In this document: in pieces, positions 50,601 to 62,709 of the stretch
Layout: the number at the start of each line of letters is the position of its first letter
Position numbering within the stretch: position 1 is the first letter of the stretch
NCBI RefSeq assembly: GCF_039654945.1
Contig: NW_027361743.1
Location: 2,852,001-2,916,000, forward strand
DNA from: Dendrobates tinctorius
Lineage: Eukaryota
Reading direction: 5' to 3'
DNA length: 64,000 nt
Made by a program: the position numbers and the translations under genes
The notes under the pieces: model-generated
Seen by the model: only the letters and a program-made list of their open reading frames with translations
What the model was told of the DNA's origin: nothing
Databases searched by the model: none

Positions 50601-53226
50601 TAGAGTTGAGCGATACCGTCCGATACTTCAAAGTATCGTATCGGATGGTATCGGCCGATCTTTAAAAAAAGTATCGGTATCGCCGATTCCGATACCGGAA
50701 GTCCCATTCAAGTCTATGGGACTTCCGGTATCGGAATAAGAAAAACCCTTTCCTGCCCTTGTACAGCCTCTCTGGGGTCTGTACGGGCCTTTCGGGGGGC
50801 TGTGCCGGCCTGCCAGGGGGTCTGTGCAGGCTCCGGTGGTCTGTGCCGGCCTGCCGGTTGTCTGTGCAGGCTCCGGGGGGCTGTGCCGGCCTGCCGGGGG
50901 GCTGTGCCGGCCTGCCGGGGGGCTGTGCAGGCTCCGGGGGGCTGTGCCGGCCTGCCGGGGGGCTGTGCCGGCCTGCCGGGGGGCTGTGCCGGCCTGCCGG
51001 TGGTCAGTGCAGGGTCCGGGGGTCTGTGCAGGCATCGTCCGATGGGACTACAAGTCCCATCGGGCGATGCCTGCTACCATGACAGTGATTGACACATTAG
51101 CCAATGATGGGACAGTAGTAGTCCCATCATCCGGCTAATGTGTTAAATGTAAAAAAAAAAAAAAAAAAAAAAAAAATTACATGCTACAAACATACAACAT
51201 GCATACTACATACATGCTACATTCATACTACATACTACATACATGCTACATACATACTACATATATACTACATGCATGCTACATACATACTACATGCTAC
51301 ATACATACCACATACATGCTACATATATACTACATGCATGCTACATACATACTACATATATACTACATGCATGCTACATACATACTGCATGCTACATGCA
51401 TGCTACATACATACTACATACATACTACATGCTACATACATACCACATATATACTACATACATACAATACATTCATACAATACATACATAGACATACAGT
51501 ACATATAACATAGAGTAACATACTTACCAATACTTGTCACATTGTTCCCCGAAGCCATTGTCGTCTACGGAATAAATATTAACATAACAAACCACAAAAA
51601 TACTCACCCACGATCCGAAGCAGTCCACGAGTGTGTCCCACGACGATCTTGGGTAGAGAACTGCAGCATCAGCTGTTGCTGCCGTTCTCTACGGGCTGCA
51701 GGAATCCAATGACGGAAGGTAGGTATCCTTCCGCACTGTATTCCTCCGCCACTTAAAAAAAAAAAAGTCCCTAGTCTCACTTTATGCCATTGCTGTGTGG
51801 GAATTTCCCACGCAGCAATGGCATAAAGTGAGACTAGGGACTTTTTTTTTTTTAAGTGGCGGAGGAATACAGTGCGGAAGGATACCTACCTTCCGTCATT
51901 GGATTCCTGCAGCCCGTAGAGAACGGCAGCATCATCTGATGCTGCAGTTCTCTACCCAAGATCGTCGTGGGACACACTCGTGGACTGCTTCAGATCGTGG
52001 GTGAGTATTTTTGTGGTTTGTTATGTTAATATTTATTCCGTAGATGACAATGGCTTTGGGGAACAATGTGACAAGTATTGGTAAGTATGTTACTCTATGT
52101 TATATGTACTGTATGTCTATGTATGTATTGTATGAATGTATTGTATGTATGTAGTATATATGTGGTATGTATGTAGCATGTAGTATGTATGTAGTATGTA
52201 TGTAGCATGCATGTAGTATATATGTAGTATGTATGTAGCATGCATGTAGTATATATGTAGTATGTATGTAGCATGTAGTATGTATGTAGTATGTATTGTA
52301 TGTATGTAGTATATATGTGGTATGTATGTAGCATGTAGTATGTAGCATGCATGTAGTATATATGTAGTATGTAGTATGTATGTAGTATGTATGTGGTATG
52401 TATGTAGTATGTATGTAGCATGCATGTAGTATGTATGTAGTATGTATGTAGTATGTATGTAGTATGTATGTAGCATGTAGCATGCATGTAGTATATATGT
52501 AGTATGTATGTAGTATGTATGTAGTATGTATGTAGCATGCAGTATGTATGTAGCATGTATGTAGTATATATGTAGTATGTATGTAGCATGCATGTAGTAT
52601 GTATGTAGCATGTATGTAGTATGTATGTAGTATATATGTAGTATGTATGTAGCATGTAGTATGTATGTAGCATGCATGTAGTATGTATGTAGTATTTTTT
52701 TTTTTTTTTTAACATTTAACACATTAGCCGGATGATGGGACTACTACTGTCCCATCATTGGCTAATGTGTCAATCACTGTCATGGTAGCAGGCATCGCCA
52801 GATGGGACTTGTAGTCCCATCGGACGATGCTTGCACAGACCCCCGGACATCAGCACAGCCCCCCGGCAGGCCGGCACAGCCCCCCGGCAGGCCGGTACAG
52901 ACCCCCACAGGGTGCACAGACCACCGGCAGGCCGGCACAGCCCCCCGGCAGGCCGGTACAGACCCCGGGCAGTCCACACAGCCCCCCGGCAGGCCGGCAC
53001 AGCCCCCCGGCAGGCCGGCAGAGACCCCCGGAAGGCCCGAAATGACGGCGCATCATGATGCGCACACACCGCGCATCATGATGACGTCAGGCCGTCAATC
53101 AACTGAACTTCCGATTCCGATGCCGAATTCCGATATTGAAAAAATATCGGAAGTCGGTATCGGAATTCCGATACAGCAAGTATCGGCCGATACCCGATAC
53201 TTGCGGTATCGGAATGCTCAACACTA
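50601..53226. mobile_element. 2.6-kb palindromic (foldback) non-autonomous hAT element
   Basis: Ends TAGAGTTGAGC / GCTCAACACTA; 8-bp TSD GTGAGGCC (50593-50600, 53227-53234); arms over 1 kb symmetric about 51804, containing a GC-rich ~20-bp minisatellite, poly(A) and TACA/CATA repeats. Confidence 0.92.
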
Positions 53227-54409
53227 GTGAGGCCCAATGAATATCTGAGCGCTATGTCACAGGCTCGATGGCACAGCTGTGACAAAAGTGACGAGAGGAT
53301 AAGGGAGATTTTGAATTTCTGCAGACACTTGTGGACACTGGACACTTTTGGATTGTGTGAGGCCCACTGATATCTGAGCGCTATGTGACAGGCTCGATGG
53401 CACAGCTGTGACCAAAGTGACTAGAGGATAAGGGAGATTTTGAATTTCAGCAGACACTTGTGGACACTGGACACTTTTGGATTGTGTGAGGCCCACTGAT
53501 ATCTGAGCGCTATGTCACAGGCTCGATGGCACAGCTGTGACAAAAGTGACTAGAGGATAAGGGAGATTTTGAATTTCAGCAGACACTTGTGGACACTGGA
53601 CACTTTTGGATTGTGTGAGTCCCACTGATATCTGAGCGCTATGTCACAGGCTCGATGGCACAGCTGTGACAAAAGTGACTAGAGGATAAGGGAGATTTTG
53701 AATTTCAGCAGACACTTGTGGACACTGGACACTTTTGGATTGTGTGAGGCCCAATGAATATCTGAGCGCTATGTGACAGGCTCGATGGCACAGCTGTGAC
53801 CAAAGTGACTAGAGGATAAGTGAGATTTTGAATTTCAGCAGACACTTGTGGACACTGGACACTTTTGGATTGTGTGAGGCCCAATGAATATCTGAGCGCT
53901 ATGTGACAGGCTCGATGGCACAGCTGTGACAAAAGTGACGAGAGGATAAGGGAGATTTTGAATTTCTGCAGACACTTGTGGACAATGGACACTTTTGGAT
54001 TGTGTGAGGCCCACTGATATCTGAGCGCTATGTGACAGGCTCGATGGCACAGCTGTGACAAAAGTGACGAGAGGATAAGGGAGATTTTGAATTTCTGCAG
54101 ACACTTGTGGACACTGGACACTTATGGATTGTGTGGACAATTATGGATTGTGTGAGGCCCACTGAATATCACAGCACTATGTCACAGGCAGAAATTGGCT
54201 AGTGTATCACAAACTACAAGGTGTATGTAGAATTGGGCAGAATAGGAATCTCCCTAGAGTGCAGATCTGTAAGAACGGAACATGTCCTCGTTTTATTCTC
54301 ACAGAGTGACACACTGATAGCTTCACTGTGGCTGTGATAACAGCCGTTACACGGTACTGTGTGAGGAGCGTACACCGCTGTATGGTGTGAAAAAATGCAC
54401 GCTCAGTAC

Positions 54410-54839
54410 CTCAGCAGGACAAAAAAAAAAATTGGGATTGCTTTTAAAAAAAGCAGTTTGCGGAGCAGTGGGTAAACAGCAATGCAGGAATGTCAGGAAG
54501 CCTTAGAAGGCAGCCCAACAACCAACACCACTGATACACCACTATATAGCCTCCCCTTGCACTGCACACACAGTGACTGATGTGTTGTACAGGCAAAATC
54601 GCTAGCAGCAGAAGCAGTTTTTTTTTCTTCTCAGCAGGACAAAAAAAAAAATTGGGATTGCTTTTAAAAAAAAGCAGTTTGCGGAGCAGTGGGTAAACAG
54701 CAATGCAGGAATGTCAGGAAGCCTTAGAAGGCAGCCCAACAACCAACACCACTGATACACCACTATATAGCCTCCCCTTGCACTGCACACACAGTGACTG
54801 GTGTGTTGTACAGGCAAAATCGCTAGCAGCAGAAGCAGT
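54410..54839. repeat. 220-bp tandem duplication in the hAT subterminal region
   Basis: CTCAGCAGGACAAAA...CGCTAGCAGCAGAAGCAGT at 54410 and 54630. Confidence 0.9.
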
Positions 54840-54919
54840 ATTTGGTGTCTTCTTCCCTGCCTAACGCTCTCCCTACAAAATCATCATCAGCAGCAGCTCT
54901 CCCTATTCTGAGATCAGCA

Positions 54920-55070
54920 TGAGTAACATGGCGGTCGGCGTGCACGCCCTTTTATATCCCCTGTGACGCCCCCCAAAGCAAGCCAATCACTTGCATGCCC
55001 TTCTGAAAGATGGTGGTGACCCGTGCCTATGTCATCACGTTGCCCACAGTGTCCGTGGATCCTGATTGGC
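54920..55070 (-). promoter_or_regulatory. Putative transposase promoter (two CCAAT boxes, TATAAAA at 54956-54950, CCGCCATGTT downstream)
   Basis: Motif order and spacing fit a Pol II core promoter facing the transposase; locally CpG-rich. Confidence 0.5.
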
Positions 55071-55364
55071 TGAAAAAGAGCGCAAAACAAACTTTTGAAA
55101 CGCGACTTTGGCGCGTAAGTCGCCGACCTCGTGGCCGACCTCATCCTAGGGTCGGGTTTCGTTTCATGAAACCCGACTTTGCCAAAAGTCGGCGACTTTT
55201 GAAATTTTTCGACCCGTTTCGCTCAACTCTAGTAATGAGGTATGAGAAGATCCAGGAGAGGGAAAAGTCTTTGATGCCAAGTGAAAAGAGGATCTCTAGT
55301 AGGAGGGACTGGTCAGCTGTGTCAACGGCATAAGACAAGCGTAGGTGGAGGACAGAGTAATGTA

Positions 55365-55830
55365 AAAGGCAGATGACAGGTCTAGGAGGAGTACAGAGTA
55401 AAGTAGAAAGCAGAGGACATGTCTAGGAGGAGTAATGTAGAAAGCATAGGATGGGTTTAGAAGGAGGACTATAGAGCAAAGTGCAAAGCAGGAGGCGGGT
55501 CTAAGAGGAGTAGTGCAGAGTATTGTAAAAGGCAGGTGAAATGTCTAGGAGGAGGAGTACAGAGTAATATAGAAGGCAGAGGACAGATCTAAGAAGAGGA
55601 GTACAGAGCAGTGTAGAGAGCAGAGCACAGTCCTAAGAGGAAGAGTACATGGTAATGTAGAAGGCAGAGGACATGTCTAGGAGGAGAAGTACAGAATAAT
55701 GTAGAAAACAGAGGATAGGTCTTACTGGAGGAGTATAGAGTAATGTAGAGGGCAGAAGACGTGTCTAGGAGGAGGAGTAAAGAAAAAAGAAGAAGACAAA
55801 GGACAGTTTTAGGAGGGGTACAGAGTATTG
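55365..55830. repeat. Degenerate purine-rich ~44-bp minisatellite
   Basis: Recurring GTCTAGGAGGAGGAGTACAGAGTAATGTAGAAGGCAGAGGACA-like units. Confidence 0.8.
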
Positions 55831-57468
55831 TCTGTTGGTTCTGGCAGTTAACAGGTCATTTATAACTTCAGCTAGGGCAATTTCAGTAGTGTGTAAGGGA
55901 TGGAAGTCGGATTGCAGTCGGTCGAATAGTGTGTTCAATGAGATACATACAGTACATAGGTCAATAGATAGGGAAATAGATAGATAGATATTAGATGAAT
56001 AAATTGGTTATTAACCTATTTTTACTAGTACAATTTCATGTTATAACACTCTGCTTACTACCAATTCTTGACCCTTTTTTAACATTTCGGGTCTGTTTGT
56101 TGCAGACAACGTCCTGACACCATTTAAAATGTTTCCCTAGAGTGTAAGTTGCAGAGATTACCAGTTACATAATATCTTTTAGAGCAAATATTACAAACAT
56201 GCTAAAAATACTCCTTGCTGCATATCATATACATATAATTTTCAGCAATCAAACGTCTGCAGAAATGCTGATGAGATAAGACAAGAACATTACAGTTCAC
56301 CCTACTAGTGAGATTCGGGTGGGCTGAATAAAAGGTGACATTATCAGTGATTCTGAGGTGCTCCCTGGTCCGGGTGACATGTCTGCATAATGATGGCGTC
56401 TGGAAAGGCTACTCTGTAGACAAGCTATTGTCGTCAAATGTTCCCTATAATTAAACATTTCTTTACTGCTGACTAATCTCTTCGAGTTGCTATTTCTATG
56501 AATTGACTTCAACCTTCACTTTCGGAAGGAAAATCATTTTGCAAAAAAAAAAAAATTGTTAGTCATTTTCTGTTCAGGAAAAAAAGAAATCTCAGAAATG
56601 AATCTTCAGCAGAACCTGAAATAGTTCTTCAGTCTTTTTTATCTTTGCTATCTGTCACTTTCACCTGTATGGATATTTTTTTTTCTCTCTCTCGGTGCTT
56701 TATGATGAAGACCAGATTGAATTCATATTTTGGAACACAAACAAAATGACTTTTCTTGCCCCCTCCTTGGTACTCAGCTGGAAATATTTTGAAAAATAAC
56801 AGTAGGTGCAAAAAGTCACTTACTTACTGATAAATCCACATATTTATCACACGGCATCAAATAAGAGTTGAAAGGTTTCGAGACTCCATATACTCCGAGA
56901 AGAGGGTTTTTTTTTGCCTCCCCGTATTTTCTACTATAAATCGACCAATGGAGTTGACCTGAACTCTTTGTTAAATGCTTGTTTGGCTGTACAACATTGT
57001 GGAGTTCTTAAAGTTGAAAAATTGAACCTGTCCTATCTACAACCTCAACATACAGTATATGGATTAGACTAAAAAGTTTTTTGTTTGACAAAAAAAGAAG
57101 ACATGTTATTTTCTACTTGACTGTGTCATGTCTCAGCAGTAGATTTGTTGGAGGAGGCTACTGGGCAGAATATTGGTGGAGACCTCCATTGCACCCCACT
57201 TGAATCTATGCATAGGAGAGGTGTGCATGGCCTTCTACACATGGAAGTTAAAGATATGTGAGCCACTGAGTCAAATATTGACTTCAATGGAAGGTTCCCC
57301 ATAGATTCTACCTCTTCTTAGCTGTAGAGTATTGTTAAACTAGTAACTAACAGGTTATTGCCTATGGCCTTTATACACTGCTCAAAAAAATAAAGGGAAC
57401 ACGTAAACAACAGAATATAACTCCAAGTAAATCAAACTGTTCATTTAGGAAGCAACATTGATTGATAA

Positions 57469-58780
57469 CACTGGTCAACAGCATTTTTGGTGCCAAAGAT
57501 ATTTCATCGAATTTAGGGTATTTTTGGGGTGCTGATTCTGAATATGTCATCAGTTTTGCCAGATTGGCTCAAGTTTTTGAGATTTTTGGTATCTTATTTA
57601 TAGCACTTGTTGGTAAATGCGACGCATCATCTCATTAATTTCTTTGGATTAGTACTTGAACTGAGCAGTTCTCAATATAGTTTTGTGTTAATTAGTGTTC
57701 TAAAAGTTTGTTCATAGCTTGATTTTTGCACTAACTTTATGTTGTTGTCTGTTTTCCAGTGAAAAGCATGAACTCATCAAGAAGAAGTTGTCTTAACGAT
57801 CCAGACTCATTCTGTTACATTTGTGGTGAATACACACTGCCAAAACATAGAAGAAACATAACAGACTTCGTAAAAAAAGTGTATTTTGCCTATTTTGGGG
57901 TTATGCTTGGGGACCAAGACAAGTTTTGGGCACCACACATAGTGTGCAAAGCATGTATCGAATTATTACGAAAATGGAGCAAAGGACAAAGAAAAAGCTT
58001 CAAATTTGGTGTTCCAATGGTGTGGAGAGAGCCAAAAAATCATCATGATGACTGTTATTTATGGTAAACACAGGTACAGGCACATCTTCACAATGAGGGA
58101 CAGGCCTTCTTGCAGATTCCATGTTACTCCCATTTTCGTTTCTTATGCTTATTGAATCCTTGCACTTGCACTGCACAGAAATAACAGTCATCATGATGAT
58201 TTTTTGGCTCTCTCCACACCATTGGAACACCAAATTTGAAGCTTTTTCTTTGTCCTTTGCTCCATTTTCGTAATAATTCGATACATGCTTTGCACACTAT
58301 GTGTGGTGCCCAAAACTTGTCTTGGTCCCCAAGCATAACCCCAAAATAGGCAAAATACACTTTTTTTACGAAGTGTGTTATGTTTCTTCTATGTTTTGGC
58401 AGTGTATATTCACCACAAATGTAACAGAATGAGTCTGGATCGTTAAGACAACTTCTTCATGATGAGTTCATGCTTTTCACTGGAAAACAGACAACAACAT
58501 AAAGTTAGTGCAAAAATCAAGCTATGAACAAACTTTTAGAACACTAATTAACACAAAACTATATTGAGAACTGCTCAGTTCAAGTACTAATCCAAAGAAA
58601 TTAATGAGATGATGCGTCGCATTTACCAACAAGTGCTATAAATAAGATACCAAAAATCTCAAAAACTTGAGCCAATCTGGCAAAACTGATGACATATTCA
58701 GAATCAGCACCCCAAAAATACCCCAAATTCATTAAAATATTTTGGACACCAGAAAAAAAAATTTTTTTCGTTGACCTGTG
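57469..58780. mobile_element. Chapaev3-type (CMC) foldback element made of two inverted 5' ends
   Basis: CACTGGTCAAC / GTTGACCTGTG ends; TAA TSD; both arms encode FCYICGEY...YFG..LGDQDKFWAPHIVC...PMVWREPKNHHDDCY. Confidence 0.8.
57768..58067 (+). pseudogene. Chapaev3-type transposase N-terminal Cys/His-rich domain, truncated (mirror copy on the minus strand ~58471-58065)
   Basis: ORFs 57759-58067 (+) and 58360-58124 (-) give the same peptide. Confidence 0.75.
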
Positions 58781-58971
58781 TAATCAATTTCACATGCTGT
58801 TATGCAAATGGAATAGACAACAGATGGAAATTATTGGCAATTATCAAGACACACTCAATAAAGGAGTGGTTCTCTAGGCGGGGACCACAGACCACATCTC
58901 AGTACCAATGCTTTCTGGCTGATGTTTTGGTCACTTCTGAATGTTGGTTGAGATTTCACACTCGTGGTAGC

Positions 58972-59996
58972 ATGAGACGGACTTTACAACCTACACAAGT
59001 TGCTCAGGTATTGCAGATCATCCAGGATGGCACATCAATGCGAGCTGTGGCAAGAAGGTTTGCTTTGTCTGTCAGTGCAGTGTCCAGAGGCTGGAGGCGC
59101 TACCAGGAGACAGGCCAGTAAACCAGGAGACGTGGAAGGGGCCGTAGGAGGGCAACAAACCAGCAGCAGGACCGCTACCTCAGCCTTTGTGCAAGGAGGA
59201 ACAGAAGGAGCACTGCCAGAGCCCTGCAAAATGACCTCCAGCAGGTCACAAATGTGCATTTGTCTGCACAAACGGTTAGAAACCGACTCCATGAGGATGT
59301 CTGAGGGCCCGATGTCCACAATTGGGGGTTGTGCTCACAGCCCAACACCATGCAGGATGCTTGGCATTTGCCACAGAAGACCAGGATTGGCAAATTCGCC
59401 ACTGGCTCCCTGTGCTCTTCACAGATGAAAGCAGATTCACACTGAGCACATGTGACAGACGTGACAGAGTCTGGAGACTCAGTGGAGAGTGATCTGCTGC
59501 CTACAACATCCTTCAGCATGACCGGTTTGGCAGTGGGTCAGTAATGGTGTGGGGTGGCATTTCTTTGGAGGGCCGCACAGCCCTCCATGTGCTCGCCAGT
59601 GGTGGACTGACTGCCATTAGGTACCGAGATGAGATCCCAAGACCCCTTGTGAGACCATATGCTGGTGCGGTTGGCCCTGGGTTCCTACTAATGCAGGACA
59701 ATGCCAGACCTCATGTGGCTGGAGTGTGTCAGCAGTTCCTGCAAGATGATGGCATTAAAGCTATGGACTGGCCCGCCCATTCCCCAGACCTGAATCTGAT
59801 TGAACACATCTGGAAGATCATGTCTCGCTCCATCCACCAACGTCACATTGCACCACAGACTGTCCAGGAGTTGGCGGATGCTTTATTCCAGGACTGGGAG
59901 GAGATCCCTCATGAAAACATCTGCCGACTCATCAGGAGCATGCCCAGGTGTTGTGGAGAGGTCAAACAGGCACGTGGAGGCCACACACACTACTGA
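58972..59996 (+). pseudogene. Tc1 transposase pseudogene
   Basis: HTH N-terminus; FTDESRF, MQDNARPH and WPAHSPDLNLIEHIW motifs; several stops and frameshifts. Confidence 0.9.
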
Positions 59997-60275
59997 GCAT
60001 CATTTCCTTGTCTTGAGGCATTTCCACTGAAGGTGGATCAGCCTGTAATTTTTTTTTCCACTTTGATTTTGAGTATCCTTCCAAATCCAGACCTCCATGG
60101 AACATTAATTTTGATATGCACTGATTATTTTTATGTTTTCTTGTTCTCATTGCATGCCACTATGTAATGAATAAAGATTTGCAGCTGTGATATTTCATTC
60201 AGTAATATCTACGATGTGGTATCTTAGTGTTCCCTTTATTTTTTTGAGCAGTGTATAAAGAGGATACCTGAAATA

Positions 60276-60981
60276 CTGCTTTTTTCAGAATATAAGACGC
60301 ACCGGACCATACGACGCACCACAAGTTTTCAAAATGAAAATAGTGAAAAAAATTAATGTATCAAATGTGGGTCCGTCTTAGTCTGAATTCAGCTTACTGG
60401 GGGAGGTAGGTATCAGCCGCACTGGTGGAGCGGGGTCACAGGAAGTGTTCGGTGGTCTGGCGATGATCTGCCTCCCAGGATGTTGCAGCAGGTTCGGCGC
60501 TGCTCGTTGGTGCGGGGGCTCCGGCAACATTTTGTTAAAACGTGGAGCCCCTGCGCATCCATTGCTGCAATGTGGTGGCCTCTGGGAAAATGGCGGCGCA
60601 TGCGCAGATTGAGATCTTGGCACCGAGACCTTGGGACAAGATCTCGTTGACGAGATCTCAATCTGCACATGCGCCACATCCAGTGGCCATTTTCTCACAG
60701 CAATGGAAGTGCGGGGGCTCTGGGCTTTCACAAAATGATGGAGCCCCCACACCACCGAGTACCGCCGAACCTGCCGCAACAGCCTGGGATGAGAGTCAGA
60801 TCATAGCCCTTCAGAGTCGAATCACCGAACACCCCCTCTTCATAGCCCAGGGCCCAACAGAATCACCAGATAACTTCTGCTGCCATACTCCTGGTGAGTA
60901 AATTCATACTATAAGACGGACCCCCATTTTCCCATTACATTTTTTGGGGAAAAGGTGCATCTTATAGTCCATAAAATACAG
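60276..60981. mobile_element. Tc1/pogo-type MITE with internal palindromes
   Basis: TA flanks; CTGCTTTTTTCAGAATATAAGACGCACC / GGTGCATCTTATAGTCCATAAAATACAG imperfect TIR. Confidence 0.7.
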
Positions 60982-61666
60982 TAATAATCCTGCAGCCCAC
61001 ATGTTGAGTAGTGACAAAGACTTCCATACACCTAATGTAACAATTTTTATCCATCCAGTTGTGATTTTACCAGATAGATTGCAAAAACTGGTCAGAGAAA
61101 GGAGACAGGTTGGTAGAGTCGGGAGGCCTGTGGGAGCCAAGTGGCACAGAACCTTTGTGCCATCGATATTATTTTAACTATAATTGATTTGTCATTACCA
61201 TGAAATAGAGTACTTAGAAGTGAAAAATGTTTAGGACAAATCAAACTCGGTCAGCCGTTACGGTTTTACCGCCAAGGCCTTTTGAATCTTATATTTGGCT
61301 TTAATCATTAGATAAGATTGAATTCTACTGTGGCAAAAACTATAGAACTTAGGGAAATCTCAAAAATTAAGTCTATTAATGTCCATACTGTTTGCATGAA
61401 TGTCAGTTTATTTTTGAGAAACTCGCAGTTTCTCTCAAGGCTGGGATGTGAGTTTGACAAAGCCATGCAATTGCATTTTGTGTTTGGTGACTAAGCCAAG
61501 GGCTTGACCATGTTGATTTGCTGAATCTTGGATCAGTCTTATTTCAAATAGTAGTTGTCTTCATAAGAAAACTTTATAGTTGTATTAAAAATGCACAATA
61601 CCCTTTATGACTAACTGAGACACGTTCTTTAGATTCTGCTATTACATTCATTAACCAACAAATTAA

Positions 61667-62277
61667 GGCATTTTTCACATTTCCGTTTTTTGACGCAGTC
61701 CAAATCCACCACAATGTGAAAAAACGGATCCGTTTCCGTTGTTGCACAAAAGGAAGCCAATGGATCTATTTTTTGACGGATCCGCTTTATCAGGTAGTGC
61801 TGGAAATGTAAAGGCACATGAGCCTGGGAAAAAAGGAGAGAGAGAGATTTTTTCTGCCGCCAGAATGGAATTTAGGGGTTAAATTTCTGACAAGGAAATT
61901 CTTCTGGGCATGCTCAGTGTCAAAAAGCCTATGGGCGGCGGATCCGTTGCCAACCTTTTTTTGACGGAATTTGGCAATGGATCCGCCGCCCATAGACGAC
62001 CATTATAACGAATGGCGGATAGCGGCGGATCCGTTGCTATGCGCTATTTTGACGCTGACAAAAAACGTTTCATTGTCAGTCCACTGAAGTCAGGGGACGC
62101 CAACATTTTGGCAGATCTGTCAAAAAACAGATCCAATGGATGACCATCCGTCAAAATCCGCCACTAAAGCAAGTCAATGGGAAAAAAATGGATCCGCCCA
62201 AAAAAATGGCGGATCCGTTTTTTTTACAAAATGGCGGATTTTGACTGATGGCAACAAACGGAAATGTGAAACAGGCC
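61667..62277. mobile_element. PIF/Harbinger-type MITE
   Basis: TAA TSD; GGCATTTTTCACATTTCCGTTT / AAACGGAAATGTGAAACAGGCC ends; many CGGATCCG motifs. Confidence 0.82.
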
Positions 62278-62709
62278 TAACTTCTTGGAAATTGATGACT
62301 TGACTAATTTCTTGCCTACAGTGTACTCCATTAGAGACTAGATATGGACAGTCACTAAAATTTACTATAGCTATAGAGTCTAAAGGGATTCTGTAACCTC
62401 CATGTGCAATCTGCCAAATAGAAAATTAATTTCTTCTCCTGTCACAACCCTTCTATGGAAGCTTACCAGTATGTGTGCTTGTGATACAGCTACTCTGTCA
62501 GTTGAGACACAGGTCTTAGAACCTGTTCTTCTTAAGTCTCCAGCCAATGCTAACACATGACTAGGATGGGCTTCCATTTGGTGAAGCCATTAAATCATAT
62601 TCTTGGAAAACCCCTTTAGTGACAGCTGAATAAGGAAACTACATAGAACTGAATCACTAAGGAGACATTTGTCAGATAAAACATTTAAATCTGCTTTATA
62701 GTATATGTA

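Larger units (their letters stand above)
43227..54190. repeat. 129-130-bp tandem array B, ~27 copies in three blocks (43227-44810, 49671-50600, 53227-54190)
   Basis: Unit GGGAGATTTTGAATTTCWGCAGACACTTGTGGACACTGGACACTTTTGG...; split by a CR1 and a palindromic element. Confidence 0.95.
36061..55231 (-). mobile_element. Giant composite hAT transposon, 19,171 bp
   Basis: TIR TAGAGTTGAGCGA / TCGCTCAACTCTA; perfect 8-bp TSD GTAATGAG (36053-36060, 55232-55239); subterminal CCGAC/GTCGG repeats; internal hAT transposase. Confidence 0.93.
57376..60253 (+). mobile_element. Full-length but decayed Tc1-like transposon, interrupted by a Chapaev3-type element
   Basis: TA TSD; TIR CACTGCTCAAAAAAATAAAGGGAACAC; transposase remnants 58972-59996. 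Confidence 0.92.

Noticed and set aside
51140-52722. His/Tyr/Thr-rich ORFs up to 206 aa
   Set aside because: Translations of TACA/CATA microsatellite in the foldback arms.
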